Source of the DNA: Podarcis bocagei | Lineage: Eukaryota | Length of the DNA stretch: 64,000 bases | Assembly: GCA_964188305.1 (NCBI GenBank) | Contig: OZ076896.1 | Reading direction: 5' to 3' (one strand) | Shown here: positions 61,795 through 64,000 of the stretch, piece by piece | How positions within the stretch are numbered: position 1 is the stretch's first letter | Layout of the letters: each line of letters opens with the position of its first letter | Translations under genes and position numbers: made by a program | The notes under the pieces: model-generated | The model's database searches: none | What the model saw: only the letters and a program-made list of their open reading frames with translations | What the model was told of the DNA's origin: nothing

Positions 61795-62287
61795 TTACAA
61801 CTAATCCAGAACGCGGTAGCTAGACTGGTGACTGGGAGCAGCCGCAGAGACCACATAACACCGGTCTTGAAAGACCTACATTGGCTCCCAGTACGTTTCC
61901 GAGCACAATTCAAAGTGTTGGTGCTGACCTTTAAAGCCCTAAATGGCCTTGGTTCAGTATATCTGAAGGAGCGTCTCCACCCCCATCGTTCAGCCCGGAC
62001 ACTGAGGTCCAGCTTCGAGGGCCTTCTGGCAGTTCCCTCACTGCGAGAAGCCAAGTTACAGGGAACCAGGCAGAGGGCCTTCTCAGTAGTGGCGCCTTCC
62101 CTGTGGAACACCCTCCCACCAGATGTCAAAGAGAACAACAACTACCAAGCTTTTAGAAGACATCTGAAGGCAGCCCTGTTTCGGGAAGCTTTTAATGTTT
62201 GATGTATTATAGTATTTTGATATTCTTTTGGAAGCCACCCAGAGTGGCTGGGGAAGCCCAGCCAGATGGGCGGGGTATAAATAATAA

Positions 62288-62350
<63 letters not shown>
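61795..62350 (+). mobile_element. L2-like LINE 3' end, 5'-truncated, with (TAT)n tail
   Basis: LQLIQNAVARLVTG...HITPVLKDLHWLPVRFRAQFKVLVLTFKALNG; 3'UTR CCCAGAGTGGCTGGGG...GGGCGGGGTATAAAT. Confidence 0.85.
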
Positions 62351-62352
<2 letters not shown>

Positions 62353-62869
62353 GTTATAGGCATCTGACCAGGTGGCCCTCCAAGCCCTTCCCATCACTGT
62401 AAAATAAAAAGAAAAGAGGGTGGGAAGGAGGGAGGGAGGGAAAACAGATGGCTTTGCAAGCTGCATTCTGCTTGATAGGCCAAAACTCTAAGCAGTATGA
62501 GGGTTATGAAAGGTATAAACAGTTATGAATCTGAAACCTGGAGGTTTTTTTATGTAGAAGGTAATCAGGAATTTCCAGAATAAATGTGCCATATTATTTA
62601 TATTTTCTTAGAAAAAAACTATAAACTATGATACAGTGAAACAGCCTCTCTCTTGAAACACACTTTAGCCCTCCATGTGGGCAATGTGTTGAAAGACTGT
62701 CAATTTTCAAAGTGTATCAAAAGTTATTGTTGAGTTATCCTTTCATCTAACATAGTCATGTTCTTGTTAGAAATCCACAAGTTTTCTGTCCTGAACTTTC
62801 TTTATCCTGAACTTTTGGCACAGATCTAGGTTTCTTATCTACAACAGTATCAAAGAGCCATACAGTTAC

Positions 62870-62963
62870 CTTTAGGGGTTCCATCACTTCCAGCAGGAGA
62901 ACATACGGACTGTGGTGATCTCAAGGAAAACGATGCAGCGTTCCTTACTGAAGAATCACCCTC
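62870..62963 (-). CDS. NIPBL: NIPBL exon 8
   Basis: EGDSSVRNAASFSLRSPQSVCSPAGSDGTPK; 94 nt; TAG|GAG acceptor (possible NAGNAG), GT donor. Confidence 0.9.
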
Positions 62964-63110
62964 CTAGGGATCATATTAGTGGATTATTAGAAAGGAGCAA
63001 TTTTTTCAATGACTTCCAGTTTTTGCTTTTTATGAAGTTGCCACAAGAATAATTACCAGTGCAATTTCTCTATCATGCCACATATTAGCAACAACAAGGA
63101 CTTCATTTAA

Positions 63111-63352
63111 CAGTGGTACCTCTGGTTACGAGCTTAATTTGTTCCGGAGGTCTGTTCTTAACCTGAAACCGTTCTTAACCTGAGGTACCACTTTAGCTAA
63201 TGGGGGCTTCCACTGCTGCCACGCCACTGGCATGCGATTTCTGTTCTCATCCTGAGGTAAAGTTCTTAACCCAAGGTATTACTTCCGGGTTAGCGGAGTC
63301 TGTAACCTGAAGTGTTTGTAACCCAAGGTGTTTGTAACCCAAGGTACCACTG
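63111..63352. mobile_element. MITE family A
   Basis: CAGTGGTACCTC...AAGGTACCACTG-TA. Confidence 0.85.
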
Positions 63353-64000
63353 TATATGAAAATAAAAGCATTCATCATATAGTAGTACAATCGAGCTATT
63401 AAAGTTAAGAATTATGAACAAAGCATTACTAAATTTTGTGGTTCAAATCATAGGCTAAAGAGAAAAACATTTCTTAGCAAACTTAATCTCAATTGAGAAG
63501 AAAACACTCCTCCATCTCTTTCTCCAGCTTTTTTTAAGAGCTTGGAGGAAGTAGGGGAGGAAAACTAGTACTACAAGAGGACGAGGAGGGATACTCTATT
63601 TCTCTCACATCCAGGGGGATGAAACAGCTCTGGTGCACCATCAACAGTTTAGGGCTACAGTGATGCATTCTCAAAGTAAATGCAATGTGGAGCTATTTCC
63701 CTGAGACCCTGAAAACAGTTTCACATTGCATCATGCCCTCCCTGCACCCAAAAAAGCTTTCAAAATATGTGAAACATACCAGGAAGTGTGAGGAACTAAG
63801 AATTCAACAAGTTATCACACAAGCTTAAGTATTCCTTTAAAAACCATCGATCAGCAATACTAATCTCATTTTGTAGCTTACTTGACCAAAAGTAATACAG
63901 GAATGCTTTACCATAAAATATTTGTCATTCAAGTACAGTATTAAACAAAAGCACCCAAAGGCAATGTTTCTACTGCTCTCTATCATTTTCAGTGAACTAA

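Larger units (their letters stand above)
296..62963 (-). other. NIPBL: NIPBL gene span in this window (partial; exons ~8-45, continues beyond both ends)
   Basis: 38 AG/GT-bounded exons in collinear order encode recognisable NIPBL peptides (PETPKQK repeats, PVVVL, HEAT-repeat region); exon phases are mutually consistent. Confidence 0.98.

Overview
Vertebrate genomic DNA. The repeat content (Sauria-type SINEs, L2/CR1 LINE fragments, TA-flanked MITEs) points to a squamate, probably a lacertid-like lizard (inference). The whole window lies inside NIPBL (cohesin loader, Scc2/Nipped-B homolog) on the minus strand. I mapped 38 consecutive coding exons with AG/GT boundaries and consistent phase, corresponding to human exons 8-45 (numbering from recall of the human gene). 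Intron 17 carries an apparently intact, very recent 5,470-bp Ty3/Gypsy chromovirus of the Tf1/sushi type (25295-30764, + strand, antisense to NIPBL). It has LTRs of 408 bp that are identical by eye, a CTTGG target-site duplication, and sits inside a MITE. Four features stand out: (1) an 11-nt self-priming PBS instead of a tRNA PBS; (2) a G_GUA_AAA slippery site plus H-type pseudoknot for a gag-pol -1 frameshift; (3) a Pol ORF that reads through the PPT and about 300 nt into the 3' LTR; (4) two tandem acidic FxGF-type motifs after a cage-deficient chromodomain, resembling the LEDGF-IBD/TFIIS-N-domain interaction motifs of host proteins. The last is a candidate integration-targeting mechanism.
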